From Escherichia coli (lineage in GTDB: Bacteria > Pseudomonadota > Gammaproteobacteria > Enterobacterales > Enterobacteriaceae): a stretch of DNA of 64,000 nucleotides. The DNA lies in assembly GCF_003334765.1 (NCBI RefSeq), contig NZ_QOWT01000003.1; one strand, written 5' to 3'. Positions 11,932 through 23,671 of this stretch are shown piece after piece (within the stretch, counting starts at the first letter, position 1; each line of letters opens with the position of its first letter). The translations under genes were made by a program, and so were the position numbers. Below the pieces are notes generated by a model. It ran no database searches, was not told the DNA's origin, and saw nothing but the letters and a program-made list of their open reading frames with translations.

Positions 11932-13068
11932 TTACTCAGCCAGAAAAAGCTCCAGCAGCGAATTTAAAAACAACTTCCCATGTTCCGTTATCTGCCAGTA
12001 ATCCGCACATTCTGTGAGATAACCCTGAGCGATAGCCTCGTCTAACTGTGGGCGAATAACCTCTTCTGAAAGGCCAGTATACTGGCTAAACTCCACGCGC
12101 GGCGCGGCTTCCAGCAAACGGAAGCGATTCATAAAGAACTCAAATGGTTTATCTGCGGCTTCGACATCACGCTGGCTTTCCAGATACCGCCCCTGCATAA
12201 AACCACGTGGATGACGCGTTTTGGTGGTACGCAGAATGCGCCCATCCGGGAAGGTCACTTTGCCATGCGCGCCGCAGCCAATACCGATGTAGTCACCAAA
12301 GCGCCAGTAGTTGAGATTGTGCTGGCACTGATAACCGGGTTTGGCGTAAGCGGAAGTTTCATATTGCTGATAACCCGCTGCGGTTAATAACTGATGCCCC
12401 TGTTCGAAAATGTCCCACAGCGCGTCATCGTCCGGCAGTACAGGAGGGCGCGAGCCAAACAGCGTATTGGGTTCGATGGTCAGTTGATACCAGGAAAGAT
12501 GCGGCGGATTCAGTTCAATGGCCTGGCGTAGATCGCCTAGCGCCTCTTCCAGTGATTGATCCGGTAGCCCATGCATCAAATCGAGGTTAAAGCTACGTAA
12601 CCCTAAACCGCTCGCCAGATTTGCCGCTCGTTTCGCTTCTTGCGGGCCATGAATGCGCCCAAGTCGTTTCAGCTTTTCTTCGCTAAAACTCTGTACGCCA
12701 ATGGAGATGCGGTTCACACCAGCACGCTGATAATCAACAAAGCGATCGGCTTCAACCGTACCAGGGTTCGCTTCCATCGTAATTTCTGCATCCGCTGCCA
12801 GCGGCAAACGCGCACGTACGCCGTTCAGCAGCGTTTGCATCGCCGGGCCGGAAAGCAGGCTCGGCGTACCACCGCCAATAAAGATTGTCTTTACTTCACG
12901 GCCCTGAGCGTAAGCCACATCGTTGTCCAGATCGTTAAGCAGATGCTGAACATAATCGTCGTGCGGCACTTCTCCTTTCAACGCGTGAGAGTTGAAATCG
13001 CAGTACGGGCATTTCTGCACGCACCACGGGATGTGAATGTAGAGACTCAGCGGCGGTAATTTAACCAT
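11932..13068 (-). CDS. hemW: heme chaperone / radical SAM family protein HemW (378 aa)
   Basis: [27 protein letters not shown]... CxxxCxxC motif. Confidence 0.95.
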
Positions 13069-13654
13069 TACGTAAAGCGTCCAGCAGCAGTTTCAACGCC
13101 TGACCACGGTGGGAAATGGCGCTCTTTTCTTCGCGGGTCAGTTCGGCAGCGGTTTTCCCTTCGGAAGGTACGAAGAAGATTGGATCATAACCAAAGCCAC
13201 CAGTGCCCGCTGGTTCACGAGTAATCACGCCTGGCCAGCTACCGTGGCATACCAGCGGAGTGGGATCTTCCGCGTGACGCAGATATACCAGCACGCAGTG
13301 GAAACGCGCCTGACGTTGGTCGTCCGGTACGTCTTTCATTGTTTCCAGCAGTTTTTGCAGATTCTTTTGATCGGTCGCGTCTTCACCGGAATAACGCGCG
13401 GAGTAAATACCCGGCGCGCCACCCAGCGCATCTACCGCCAGACCGGAGTCGTCGGCAATTGCCGGTAAACCGGTCACTTTTGCCGCATGGCGCGCTTTCA
13501 GAATCGCGTTTTCGATAAAGGTCAGGCCGGTTTCTTCAGCGGAATCTACGCCGAGGTCTGTTTGGGCAACGATATCAAGACCGAAGTCGCTAAGCAGCGA
13601 CGCCAGCTCACGCACTTTACCGGCATTGCCGGTTGCGAGGACAACTTTTTGCAT
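13061..13654 (-). CDS. rdgB: dITP/XTP pyrophosphatase RdgB (197 aa)
   Basis: [21 protein letters not shown]... recognised; 8-nt overlap with hemW. Confidence 0.95.
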
Positions 13655-13661
13655 AGGATAC

Positions 13662-13952
13662 CTAATTAATTAACGCCGCGATTTCTGGCGGGATTTGTTG
13701 CGGATTAATGATTTTAATTTGTTTGTGGCGGCCAAGTTCGCCTTTTTCAATCACCACCTGGCTTTTGGCAACCCGGAATAGCTTACCGAGAAACTTCACC
13801 AGATGGCTGTTGGCCTGGCCGTCAACCGGCGGCGCGGTAATGGCGACTTTTACCTCGTCGCCATGTAAACCGACAATAGAATCACGGCTGGCTTTCGGCT
13901 GAATATAGAGCCGTAAAACCAGACCGTCATCATTAACTGTTACGGCACTCAT
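13662..13952 (-). CDS. yggU: DUF167 protein YggU (96 aa)
   Basis: [24 protein letters not shown]...; ATG overlaps yggT stop as ATGA; an in-frame upstream ATG would extend to 13964. Confidence 0.85.
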
Positions 13953-14515
13953 AACGCCATCCACAGCCCCGGCAGCAGCATATTTCCGGTCGCCTGCAAG
14001 ACTTCTGCGACACCCATATTGATGACATACAGCAGCAGAACGAGGATCATCGGCGAGAAATCAATCCCACCCATTGCCGGTAGCAAGCGGCGAATCGGGC
14101 GCAGCAGCGGATCGGCCAGCTGAATCAGCACGTATTCAATCGGGCTACGACCCTGGCTTACCCAGCTCATAATCGCCATCACCAGCAGGACCCAGAAAAT
14201 CAGCAGGCCGATGGTTTTCAGCAGAATTAATAAACCGGCAATCCAAATGATTGGCAGGAAGGTCACCACTTTAAACAGCACGATGGCTTTAATGAAACTG
14301 AGAATATAGGCAACCAGCAGCGAGGCGCTATCAATGGGTCCCATTGCCGGAATAACGCGGCGCAGTGGCCCGATAATCGGCTGCGTTACCTTCACTACAA
14401 ACTGTGAGAAGGGGTTGTAAAAATCACAATGAGCCCACTGCATCCAGATGCGTAATAACAGCACCATGGTATACAGCTCAATGACCGTTGAAAGCAGGAA
14501 AGTCAACGTATTCAT
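13949..14515 (-). CDS. yggT: YggT family membrane protein (188 aa)
   Basis: 188-aa polytopic membrane ORF in the yggS-yggT-yggU-rdgB-hemW operon. Confidence 0.9.
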
Positions 14516-14532
14516 GGCGTTCCTTTAATTCC

Positions 14533-15237
14533 TTATTTTTTAGAGTAATCACGCGCACCAAAAATTGCAGTGCCGATACGAACCATCGTGCTACCTGCCG
14601 CAATGGCGGCTTCCATATCGTCCGACATTCCCAGAGAGAGCGTGTCGATATGCGGGTAGCGCGTTTTCAGTCCGGCAAATGCTACAGCCATTTGGCGTGC
14701 AACTTCAAACTGCCTTACATATTCTGACTCAGGCGCAGGGATTGCCATCAGCCCGCGCAGACGTAAACGCGGTAGTTCAGCGACCGCAGCTGCCAGCTCG
14801 TCCAGTTCAGCCAGTTGAATCCCGGACTTACTGTTTTCATCACTAATATTAATTTGAATCAGTACGTTAAGAGGGGGAAGTTCTGCCGGGCGCTGGTCGT
14901 TCAGACGGGTAGCGATGCGCAAACGGTCGATGGTATGACACCAGTCGAAATGCTCTGCCACCAGGCGGCTTTTATTAGACTGCAACGGGCCAATAAAATG
15001 CCATTCTAATCCTGTTACGCCCAGTTCCTGAAAGTGGCGAATTTTATCTACCCCTTCCTGAACGTAGTTTTCACCAAATTGACGCTGCCCGGCATCAATG
15101 GCTTCTGCGATGGCGCTCGCAGGTTTTGTTTTACTGACTGCAAGCAGCGTAATTTCTTCTGGAGAACGGCCGCAACGCGTTGCAGCCGCTGAGATTTTGT
15201 CCCGGACCTGTGCCAGGTTATGCGCAATATCGTTCAT
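14533..15237 (-). CDS. yggS: PLP homeostasis protein YggS (234 aa)
   Basis: MNDIAHNLAQVRDKISAAATRCGRSPEEITLLAVSKTKP... recognised. Confidence 0.95.
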   Translation of the reverse strand: MNDIAHNLAQVRDKISAAATRCGRSPEEITLLAVSKTKPASAIAEAIDAGQRQFGENYVQEGVDKIRHFQELGVTGLEWHFIGPLQSNKSRLVAEHFDWCHTIDRLRIATRLNDQRPAELPPLNVLIQINISDENSKSGIQLAELDELAAAVAELPRLRLRGLMAIPAPESEYVRQFEVARQMAVAFAGLKTRYPHIDTLSLGMSDDMEAAIAAGSTMVRIGTAIFGARDYSKK

Positions 15238-15254
15238 TTTCCGAGGATCTTAGT

Positions 15255-16235
15255 ATGAATATGGAAGAAATTGTGGCCCTTAGTGTAAAGCATAACGTCT
15301 CGGATCTACACCTGTGCAGCGCCTGGCCCGCACGATGGCGTATTCGCGGGAGAATGGAAGCTGCGCCGTTTGACGCGCCGGACGTCGAAGAGCTACTGCG
15401 GGAGTGGCTGGATGACGATCAGCGGGCAATATTGCTGGAGAATGGTCAGCTGGATTTTGCTGTGTCGCTGGCGGAAAACCAGCGATTGCGCGGCAGTGCG
15501 TTCGCACAACGGCAAGGTATTTCTCTGGCGTTACGGCTGTTACCTTCGCACTGCCCGCAGCTCGAACAGCTTGGCGCACCACCGGTATTGCCGGAATTAC
15601 TCAAGAGCGAGAATGGCCTGATTCTGGTGACGGGGGCGACGGGGAGCGGCAAATCTACCACGCTGGCGGCGATGGTTGGCTATCTCAATCAACATGCCGA
15701 TGCGCATATTCTGACGCTGGAAGATCCTGTGGAATATCTCTATACCAGTCAGCGATGTTTGATTCAGCAGCGGGAGATTGGTTTGCACTGTATGACTTTC
15801 GCATCGGGATTGCGGGCTGCATTGCGGGAAGATCCTGATGTGATTTTGCTCGGAGAGCTGCGTGATAGCGAGACAATCCGTCTGGCGCTGACGGCGGCAG
15901 AAACCGGGCATCTGGTGCTGGCGACATTACACACGCGCGGCGCAGCGCAGGCAGTTGAGCGACTGGTGGATTCATTTCCTGCGCAGGAAAAAGATCCCGT
16001 GCGTAATCAACTGGCAGGTAGTTTACGGGCAGTGTTGTCACAAAAACTGGAAGTGGATAAACAGGAAGGACGCGTGGCGCTGTTTGAATTACTGATTAAC
16101 ACACCCGCGGTGGGGAATTTGATTCGTGAAGGGAAAACCCACCAGTTACCGCATGTTATTCAAACCGGGCAGCAGGTGGGGATGATAACGTTTCAGCAGA
16201 GTTATCAGCAGCGGGTGAAAGAAGGGCGCTTGTGA
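15255..16235 (+). CDS. yggR: PilT-like type IV pilus retraction ATPase homolog YggR (326 aa)
   Basis: Walker A GATGSGKST; start MNMEEIVALSVKHNVSDLHL 25 codons inside ORF 15180..16235. Confidence 0.9.
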   Translation: MNMEEIVALSVKHNVSDLHLCSAWPARWRIRGRMEAAPFDAPDVEELLREWLDDDQRAILLENGQLDFAVSLAENQRLRGSAFAQRQGISLALRLLPSHCPQLEQLGAPPVLPELLKSENGLILVTGATGSGKSTTLAAMVGYLNQHADAHILTLEDPVEYLYTSQRCLIQQREIGLHCMTFASGLRAALREDPDVILLGELRDSETIRLALTAAETGHLVLATLHTRGAAQAVERLVDSFPAQEKDPVRNQLAGSLRAVLSQKLEVDKQEGRVALFELLINTPAVGNLIREGKTHQLPHVIQTGQQVGMITFQQSYQQRVKEGRL

Positions 16236-16266
16236 CGTTGCTGTGTCTGATACGAATTGTAAATAT

Positions 16267-16360
16267 GCCCGATGCGCAAGCTTATCGGGCCTACAAGGGA
16301 AGCGTAACTTTGAATTCGCACTCACTGTAGGTTGGATAAGGCGTTTACGCCGCATCCAAC
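16267..16360. repeat. REP/BIME pair
   Basis: GCCCGATGCGCAAGCTTATCGGGCCTAC ... GTAGGTTGGATAAGGCGTTTACGCCGCATCCAAC. Confidence 0.85.
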
Positions 16361-16408
16361 ATGAAACAATGAGCACATTGTCAGAAATCTGTGCGCTAGT
16401 AAATCGCC

Positions 16409-16825
16409 TTAATATCCCTGCTCGAAATAGCTTTCGAGAATAATAACCGCAGAGGCAGAGTCGACTTTGCCTTTGTTGAGCGCCCGATAGCCGCCCTGTT
16501 CAAACAGACCGGAACGTGCCTCCACGGTGCTAAGTCGCTCGTCATGGAGCTTTACTTCAACACCGAAACGACCATGAATACGGTTGGCAAATTTACGCGC
16601 TCTGGCGGTTAACGGCTGTTCGGTGCCGTCCATATTCAGCGGCAAACCGACGATGATTTCGTCCGGCTGCCACTCTTTCAGTAAACGCTCGATAATGTTC
16701 CAGTCCGGCGTACCGTCCTGCGCTTTAATTGCAGGCAAAGGGCGAGCGGTGCCGGTAATGCGTTGGCCGACCGCTACGCCAATGCTTTTGGTGCCGAAGT
16801 CGAAGGCGAGTAAGGTTCCACTCAT
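16409..16825 (-). CDS. ruvX: putative pre-16S rRNA nuclease / Holliday junction resolvase-like RuvX (138 aa)
   Basis: [30 protein letters not shown]...; start overlaps yqgE stop. Confidence 0.93.
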
Positions 16826-17388
16826 CAGGCGTGTCCTGCCACACCAGGCATGGTGAGAATATCCACACCAATCAGTTTTGCCGCCTCGCGCCAGCGGTCG
16901 GCAATCGGCGTTTTGAACAGAATATTCAGATCTGCCGGGGCCGTTAGCCACGCGTTATCGAGAATTTCTTGTTCCAGTTGACCTTTCTCCCAGGAGGCAT
17001 AACCCAGAGCCACCAATACGTCAGACGGTTGTTTATCGGTGCCGAGCGTTTCCAGCACATCGCGGGAAGTGGTCATCACTGTGTTGTCTGAAATGCGAAT
17101 GCTGGAAGCAAAATTGGAGGGCGGAGTATGCAAAATAAACCCGCGATCTTCAGCCAGCGGACCGCCGAGCATAACCGGTTTATCCAGACGGATTGATTCA
17201 TCACGCGGCTCCGGCGTGATCTTCAGCTTTTCCAGAATCCCTTCAATTTTGAGATTTTCCAGCGGCTTGTTGACGATGATCCCCATTGCACCATTGGTAT
17301 TATGTTCGCAAATGTAGACCACGGAACGACGGAAAATCGGATCCTGGAGAGCAGGCATGGCAATAAGAAAGTGATGCTGTAAATTCAT
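16825..17388 (-). CDS. yqgE: UPF0301 protein YqgE (187 aa)
   Basis: [30 protein letters not shown]... recognised. Confidence 0.9.
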
Positions 17389-17496
17389 TGTCAGAGGTTC
17401 TGTTTCCTGGTTCAAAAAAGCAACAGCGCCCAGTATGCGTGGAAAGAAGGGCGCTGTCACTCAGAGTCTCAACGAGATCCTTCTCGCTAAGGTGGG

Positions 17497-18447
17497 TTAC
17501 TGCTGCTGTAAACGTGCTTCGATGGCATCCATTAACATTCCGGTGATCGACACCGGAAACTCTGCTTCAATCTCACGAATACAGGTTGGGCTGGTGACGT
17601 TAATTTCAGTCAGACGGTCGCCGATGATATCCAGACCAACAAAAATCAGCCCTTTTTCTTTCAGCGTCGGCCCAATCTGACGGGCGATTTTCCAGTCACT
17701 TTCCGTCAGCGGACGAGGTTCACCGCGACCACCGGCAGCCAGATTGCCACGGGTTTCGCCCCCCTGCGGAATACGCGCCAGGCAATACGGCACCGGCTCG
17801 CCATCCACTACCAGCACGCGTTTGTCGCCATCTTTAATGGCTGGCAGGTAATTTTGCGCCATGCAGTAGCGAGTGCCATGCTCAGTCAGGGTTTCGGCAA
17901 TCACGCCGAGGTTTGGATCACCTTCTTTCACGCGGAAAATCGACGCGCCGCCCATACCGTCCAGCGGCTTAAGAATGATGTCGCTGTGTTTTTCCCAGAA
18001 AGCTTTTAGCTGCGCTTTATTGCGTGTGACCAGCGTTTCTGGTGTTAAGTCAGAGAACCAGGCAGTGAACAGTTTTTCGTTACAATCGCGCAGGCTCTGC
18101 GGCTTGTTAACGATCAGCGTCCCTTTATCTTCGGCACGTTCCAGAATATAGGTCGCGTAGATAAACTCGGTATCAAACGGCGGGTCTTTACGCATCAGGA
18201 TCACATCGAGATCGGCCAGCGGCAGATCCTGCTCACCCGTGAACTCGTACCATTTATCGTAGTTCTGTTCGACGCTCAAAGTACGGGTACGAGCGCGAGC
18301 CTCACCATTGATCAAATAGAGATCGGCCATCTCCATATAGTGAAGTTCGTAACCACGACGCTGTGCTTCCAGCAACATAGCGAAACTGGAATCTTTCTTG
18401 ATGTTGATGTTTGCGATGGGGTCCATCACGATGCCGAGCTTGATCAT
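17497..18447 (-). CDS. gshB: glutathione synthetase (316 aa)
   Basis: MIKLGIVMDPIANINIKKDSSFAMLLEAQRRGYELHYMEM... recognised. Confidence 0.97.
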   Translation of the reverse strand: MIKLGIVMDPIANINIKKDSSFAMLLEAQRRGYELHYMEMADLYLINGEARARTRTLSVEQNYDKWYEFTGEQDLPLADLDVILMRKDPPFDTEFIYATYILERAEDKGTLIVNKPQSLRDCNEKLFTAWFSDLTPETLVTRNKAQLKAFWEKHSDIILKPLDGMGGASIFRVKEGDPNLGVIAETLTEHGTRYCMAQNYLPAIKDGDKRVLVVDGEPVPYCLARIPQGGETRGNLAAGGRGEPRPLTESDWKIARQIGPTLKEKGLIFVGLDIIGDRLTEINVTSPTCIREIEAEFPVSITGMLMDAIEARLQQQ

Positions 18448-18459
18448 TATTCTTCTCCG

Positions 18460-19191
18460 TTAGCCCAAATCGCCAAAACGCACTTGTAGCGCGGTAATGG
18501 CGGTGAGCGCAGTTGTCTCAGTACGCAAAACGCGAGGTCCCAACAGGATATCAGTAAATTGATAGCGGGCAGTCATGGCAATTTCATCTGCCGATAAACC
18601 GCCTTCCGGGCCAATCAGCAGGCGGACGCGTTCGACCGGTAACGGCAACGTATTGATGCTGTTGCTGGCGCGCGGGTGAAGATTCAGTTTCAGTCCTTCA
18701 TCCTGCTCTGCACACCAGGCTTCCAGATCCATCGCTGGACGGATTTCCGGCACCCGGTTACGGCCACACTGCTCACAGGCAGCAATTGCAATCTTCTGCC
18801 ACTGCTGGAGCTTCTTGTTCAGACGTTCACTATCCAGTTTAACGCCGCAGCGCTCAGAAAAAAGTGGCGTAATGAGGCTTACACCGAGTTCGATCGATTT
18901 CTGGATAGTAAATTCCATTTTTTCACCACGCGACATCACCTGACCGAGGTGAATATGCAGCGGAGATTCGCGATCGTCGATCTGGCCTTCCAGCACCTTC
19001 ACTTCCACGCTTTTTTTGCTGGCGCTGGTAATTTCGGCGTCAAAGACCTGGTTGCTGCCGTCAAACAATTGCAGCGCCTGTCCCGGCCCCATACGCAGTA
19101 CGCGCCCGATATGGTTGGCGGCATCTTCGCAAAGCGCGATGTGAGAATGGCTGGTCAGTGGTTCAGGATGATAAATGCGGGGGATACGCAT
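18460..19191 (-). CDS. rsmE: 16S rRNA (uracil1498-N3)-methyltransferase RsmE (243 aa)
   Basis: [34 protein letters not shown]...; start 9 codons inside ORF. Confidence 0.93.
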
Positions 19192-19270
19192 AGTTAAAAA
19201 TCCGCGTCGTCTCCCCACGCGGTTGTACGCGTGGGGTAGGGGTTAACAAAAAGAATCCCGCTAGTGTAGG

Positions 19271-19978
19271 TTAGCTCTTTCGCGCCTGGCAAGCGCGTTG
19301 CACATACGGGTTATGATTGCCCTGCACCTTCGCGATGCGTTCATCACGCTCGCACTCCCAGTCGGTAACTGGATACATCTTGTCCCATGCGTTGAACAGC
19401 TGCGTTTGCTGACGAGAGAGTGTCAGGTTGTATTGGTCACGCATATAGAAGTAGGTGCGCGCAATGGCACCGCGTGCACGCGCTGGTGGCTCGGCAACTT
19501 TTTCTTTGAAATCGACCTTCATGGCGCATTGACCGTACTGGCCTTCACCGCCATTCCACTGGCTGTACATAAAGTTGCCGCGATCGCCATTCACCTCACC
19601 GACTGACGGCTGCAGGTTATGCATATCGCTTTCCATCTTGCGATAGACCGGATCTTTGGCGCAATTTTTACGTCCACCGTCCTGCCAGCACTGGCGCTGG
19701 TGACCGAATTGCCAGGCAGGAACGACGTGTTCCCACTCTACGCGGCTGGCACGGTTTTCATTTTTTCGCACCTGATAGCCGCACGATTGCAGATCAACAA
19801 CGCCTTTTTTGCCCTGCCAGTTAATTTTACATCCGCAATAAAACGTACCGGGCGCGTCAGCGTGGACTTTTACCGCCGCGGCTTTCGCTTGAGAAAAACT
19901 ATTGATACCTTCGGCCAATGCCGGGCCGGAAAATGCTGCGCTCAGTACCACCGCAGCAATAGACAAATAACGGTACAT
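19271..19978 (-). CDS. endA: periplasmic endonuclease I (235 aa)
   Basis: [44 protein letters not shown]... recognised. Confidence 0.95.
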   Translation of the reverse strand: MYRYLSIAAVVLSAAFSGPALAEGINSFSQAKAAAVKVHADAPGTFYCGCKINWQGKKGVVDLQSCGYQVRKNENRASRVEWEHVVPAWQFGHQRQCWQDGGRKNCAKDPVYRKMESDMHNLQPSVGEVNGDRGNFMYSQWNGGEGQYGQCAMKVDFKEKVAEPPARARGAIARTYFYMRDQYNLTLSRQQTQLFNAWDKMYPVTDWECERDERIAKVQGNHNPYVQRACQARKS

Positions 19979-20072
19979 CACTTACTCCGTGTTAAAACGA
20001 GCCAGCAACGTAGCGAAAGTTGTTTTGGTATGCAATCAGCCAGATCAGGAAAGTTCCTGATAGTTCAGGTGG

Positions 20073-20570
20073 TTATTTCGCAACCAGCTGTTCGCCGCAG
20101 TGAACACAGCGATAGACGGCTTCGCCACGAACTACGCGATTATGACGGCGTACGGTAAGCTGATGCTCCTGGCACTTGCAGCGGTAGGGGAAGGTGTTGC
20201 GGCGCACGGATTGCAGTTCGAACTGATGCGTACGGCGGGCGGGAACGCCCAGCACGCTTTCCATCATCCACTTCCACTCTTTGCCATGTGGCGCTACGCG
20301 GCCGAAATGTTTCCATACCAGCAAATGTGCCAGTTCGTGCGGCACCACTTCTTCAATAAAGGCTTCACTGTTTTCCAACAGCAAAACGGGATTGAGACGA
20401 ATTTCATAGCTTTCCAGCCAGGCTGTTCCGGCAGAGGTTCCGCGCTGGGTGTAAGAGAGTTTTGGCTCCGGGTAGTTACGCCCTAGCTTCAGGTTGGCCT
20501 GGGCGAGTTTTTCCCGCAGGCGACGCATAACGGCCTGTTGGATGGCGATAGGGAGACGGGATGTTTTCAT
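20073..20570 (-). CDS. sprT: SprT family zinc metalloprotease-like protein (165 aa)
   Basis: [30 protein letters not shown]... HExxH motif ([11 protein letters not shown]). Confidence 0.9.
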   Translation of the reverse strand: MKTSRLPIAIQQAVMRRLREKLAQANLKLGRNYPEPKLSYTQRGTSAGTAWLESYEIRLNPVLLLENSEAFIEEVVPHELAHLLVWKHFGRVAPHGKEWKWMMESVLGVPARRTHQFELQSVRRNTFPYRCKCQEHQLTVRRHNRVVRGEAVYRCVHCGEQLVAK

Positions 20571-20646
20571 AGCGGCAGAGGATAGAGCGAAGAAAAGATG
20601 ACTGCAAGAGGTGGCTTCCTCCATGATGGGAGGAAGCCTGAGGAGA

Positions 20647-22041
20647 TTAATCGTGAGCGCCGATTTCGCGCAGTTTACGACCTTTCATCAGATTACGTTC
20701 AATATGTTCCAGCGAAACGTGTTTGGTTTCCGGTACCAGCCACAATGTCAGCAGGATAAACAGTACGTTCAGAGCAGCATACACCCAGAAGGTGTTGGCG
20801 TTACCCAGCGTGTTGAGCATGGTCAGGAACGTTGCGCCAACGATCATGTTGGCAATCCAGTTGGTGGCAGTGGAGCAGGTGATGCCAAAATCGCGGCCTT
20901 TCAGCGGCTGAATTTCGGAGCACAGTACCCAAATCAGCGGACCGGCACTCATGGCAAAACCGACAATAAACATCAGCAGCATGGCGATGGCGAAATACTG
21001 CGCCGACGGAGAGTGGATACCGATATGCATCATTGTACCGAGTACGCCCATACCAGCAGCCATCACCAGGAAGCCCAGCGTTAGCGTTGGTTTACGTCCC
21101 CAGCGGTCAACAAGGCCGATTGCGATAAAGGTGGCAAGTACGTTGGTCAGGCCGACAATCACTGTCCCCCACATTTGCTCGGTGGTGTTGGTATAACCCG
21201 CCAGTTCGAAGATTTTCGGCGCGTAATACATGATGACGTTCATCCCGGTGAATTGCTGCATTACCTGCAATAGTACGCCAAGGAACACCGCGCGGCGGAA
21301 GTTGCTATTCTCTTTAAACAGCGCCCAGCCACTCTGTTTAACCTGCAAACTTTCACGGATTTCATCCAGTTCGCGTTTCGCTTCCGCGCTGGTGTCACGC
21401 AGGCGTAGCAGCACGCGTTCGGCATCAACAAAACGGCGTTTGGCGGCAAACCAACGTGGGCTGTCTGGCAGGAAGAAGACACCAATCAGCAGCAAAATTG
21501 CCGGGATGATAATCACACCCAGCATCCAGCGCCATGCACCGGTGTAGCTGAAGGCGGTATCAGAAAGATAAGCGCCGAGGATCCCGATAGTGATCATCAA
21601 CTGATACATCGAGATCATACTGCCGCGAATTTTTTCCGGCGCAATTTCAGAGAGGTACAGCGGTGCGGTATAAGAGGCCACACCCACTGCCAGCCCCAGC
21701 AAAACGCGGGAAAGAATCAGTACTTCAACGTTTGGCGCAGCAGCAGAGAACAGTGAACCGGCAACAAACAAGATTGCGCCGATCATCAGGCTCTTTTTGC
21801 GCCCGAGTTTAAAGGAGAGCCAGCCGCTGCCCACCGCACCGACTGCCGCACCGAACATCATGGAGCTTACGACCCATTCTTGCGTGTGCGAAGTAATCTG
21901 GAATTCATCTGCAATAAACGGCAGTGCGCCAGCAATTACACCGATATCCAGGCCAAAGAGTAATCCCGCCAGAGCGGCAAGGAAGCAGACGAAAAACGTC
22001 ATTGCCTTGTTTGACCGCCCCTGTTTTTTAGCGTCAGGCAT
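20647..22041 (-). CDS. galP: galactose:H+ symporter GalP (464 aa), MFS sugar porter
   Basis: [42 protein letters not shown]... recognised. Confidence 0.96.
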   Translation of the reverse strand: MPDAKKQGRSNKAMTFFVCFLAALAGLLFGLDIGVIAGALPFIADEFQITSHTQEWVVSSMMFGAAVGAVGSGWLSFKLGRKKSLMIGAILFVAGSLFSAAAPNVEVLILSRVLLGLAVGVASYTAPLYLSEIAPEKIRGSMISMYQLMITIGILGAYLSDTAFSYTGAWRWMLGVIIIPAILLLIGVFFLPDSPRWFAAKRRFVDAERVLLRLRDTSAEAKRELDEIRESLQVKQSGWALFKENSNFRRAVFLGVLLQVMQQFTGMNVIMYYAPKIFELAGYTNTTEQMWGTVIVGLTNVLATFIAIGLVDRWGRKPTLTLGFLVMAAGMGVLGTMMHIGIHSPSAQYFAIAMLLMFIVGFAMSAGPLIWVLCSEIQPLKGRDFGITCSTATNWIANMIVGATFLTMLNTLGNANTFWVYAALNVLFILLTLWLVPETKHVSLEHIERNLMKGRKLREIGAHD

Positions 22042-22104
22042 GATGCCCTCCAATATGGTTATTTTTTATTGTGAATTAAGATAGGTGAGTACGACGTAAA
22101 AAGA

Positions 22105-22139
22105 TGTGAAGCAAATCACATCAGTGTAATCGCTTACAC
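22105..22139 (-). promoter_or_regulatory. galP control region: perfect CRP palindrome TGTGA-AGCAAA-TCACA (22105-22120) and GalR/GalS-type operator GTGTAATCGCTTACAC (22124-22139)
   Basis: motifs read directly; galP is known to be regulated by CRP, GalR and GalS. Confidence 0.65.
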
Positions 22140-22426
22140 TAACATTTATCTTAGTTATGATTTAAGTGCATGAAAATAATTGAGTTATATCATCATAGAT
22201 TAAACGCTGTTATCTGCAATTAAGACTTTACTGAAAAGAAATGTAACAACTGTGAAAACCGAATAATAATATGAAAATATTACAAATCTTTGTCTGGTGT
22301 GGTTGGTGTAATCGGTTTCAGTAGCGATGATAATTTGCGGTAAAACGTGTTCAGGAAGAATGATGTTATTGTGCGGGCAGCTTTTTGCCGGATGCCGCGT
22401 GAACGCCTATCCACCGCGGTGAGGTA

Positions 22427-22454
22427 AAAGAAAAAGGCCAGCGCGAGGCTGGCC
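22427..22454 (-). terminator. metK rho-independent terminator
   Basis: GGCCAGCGCGAGGCTGGCC hairpin with T-run on the minus strand (AAAGAAAAA on plus), 23 nt after metK stop. Confidence 0.75.
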
Positions 22455-22476
22455 TTTGAAAGCAGGTGAAGAAAGA

Positions 22477-23631
22477 TTACTTCAGACCGGCAGCATCGCG
22501 CAGCAGCTGCGCTTTGTCGGTTTTTTCCCACGGGAAATGTTCGCGACCAAAGTGACCGTATGCTGCGGTTTCTTTGTAGATCGGGTGCAGCAGATCCAGC
22601 ATCTGAATCAGACCGTATGGACGCAGGTCAAAGAACTCACGTACCAGCAGAGTCAGTTGTTCAGAAGGCACTTTCTCGGTACCGAAAGTTTCCACCATGA
22701 TAGAGGTCGGTTCAGCCACGCCGATTGCGTAGGAAACCTGAATTTCACAACGATCGGCCAGGCCAGCAGCAACGATGTTTTTCGCGACATAACGTGCTGC
22801 GTACGCTGCGGAACGGTCCACTTTTGATGGATCTTTACCAGAGAATGCACCACCACCGTGACGTGCCATGCCGCCGTAGGTATCAACGATAATTTTACGA
22901 CCAGTCAGACCGCAGTCACCCATCGGGCCACCGATAACAAAACGACCGGTCGGGTTGATGAAGAATTTGGTGGCAGAAGTCAGCCATTCAGCCGGCAGAA
23001 TCGGCTTGATGATCTCTTCCATTACCGCTTCTTGCAGCGATTTCTGGTCGATTTCTTCAGAGTGCTGAGTGGAAAGCACGACAGCATCGATACCAACGAT
23101 TTTGCCGTCGTCATACTGGAAAGTCACCTGGCTTTTCGCGTCCGGGCGCAGCCACGGCAGAGTGCCGTTTTTACGCACTTCAGCCTGACGCTGTACCAGA
23201 CGGTGTGCATAGGTGATAGGCGCTGGCATCAGCACGTCGGTTTCATTGGTTGCGTAGCCAAACATCAGACCCTGGTCACCCGCGCCCTGTTCCAGCGGAT
23301 CGGCACGGTCAACGCCCTGGTTGATGTCAGGAGACTGTTTGCCGATAGCGCTCAGAACCGCACAGGAGTTAGCGTCAAAGCCCATGTCGGAATGTACATA
23401 GCCAATTTCGCGAACGGTGTTACGGGTGATCTCTTCGATGTCTACCCAGGCGCTGGTGGTGATTTCGCCGCCAACTAAAACCATGCCGGTTTTTACGTAG
23501 GTTTCGCAAGCAACGCGTGCTTTCGGATCCTGTTCGAGGATCGCGTCTAAAACGGCATCAGAGATTTGGTCAGCAATTTTGTCAGGATGCCCTTCAGAGA
23601 CGGACTCGGACGTAAAAAGGTGTTTTGCCAT
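22477..23631 (-). CDS. metK: S-adenosylmethionine synthetase (384 aa)
   Basis: [51 protein letters not shown]... recognised. Confidence 0.98.
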
Positions 23632-23671
23632 ATTTAATATCACCTAAAGAGAATTTGGTTAGCTCAAACTG

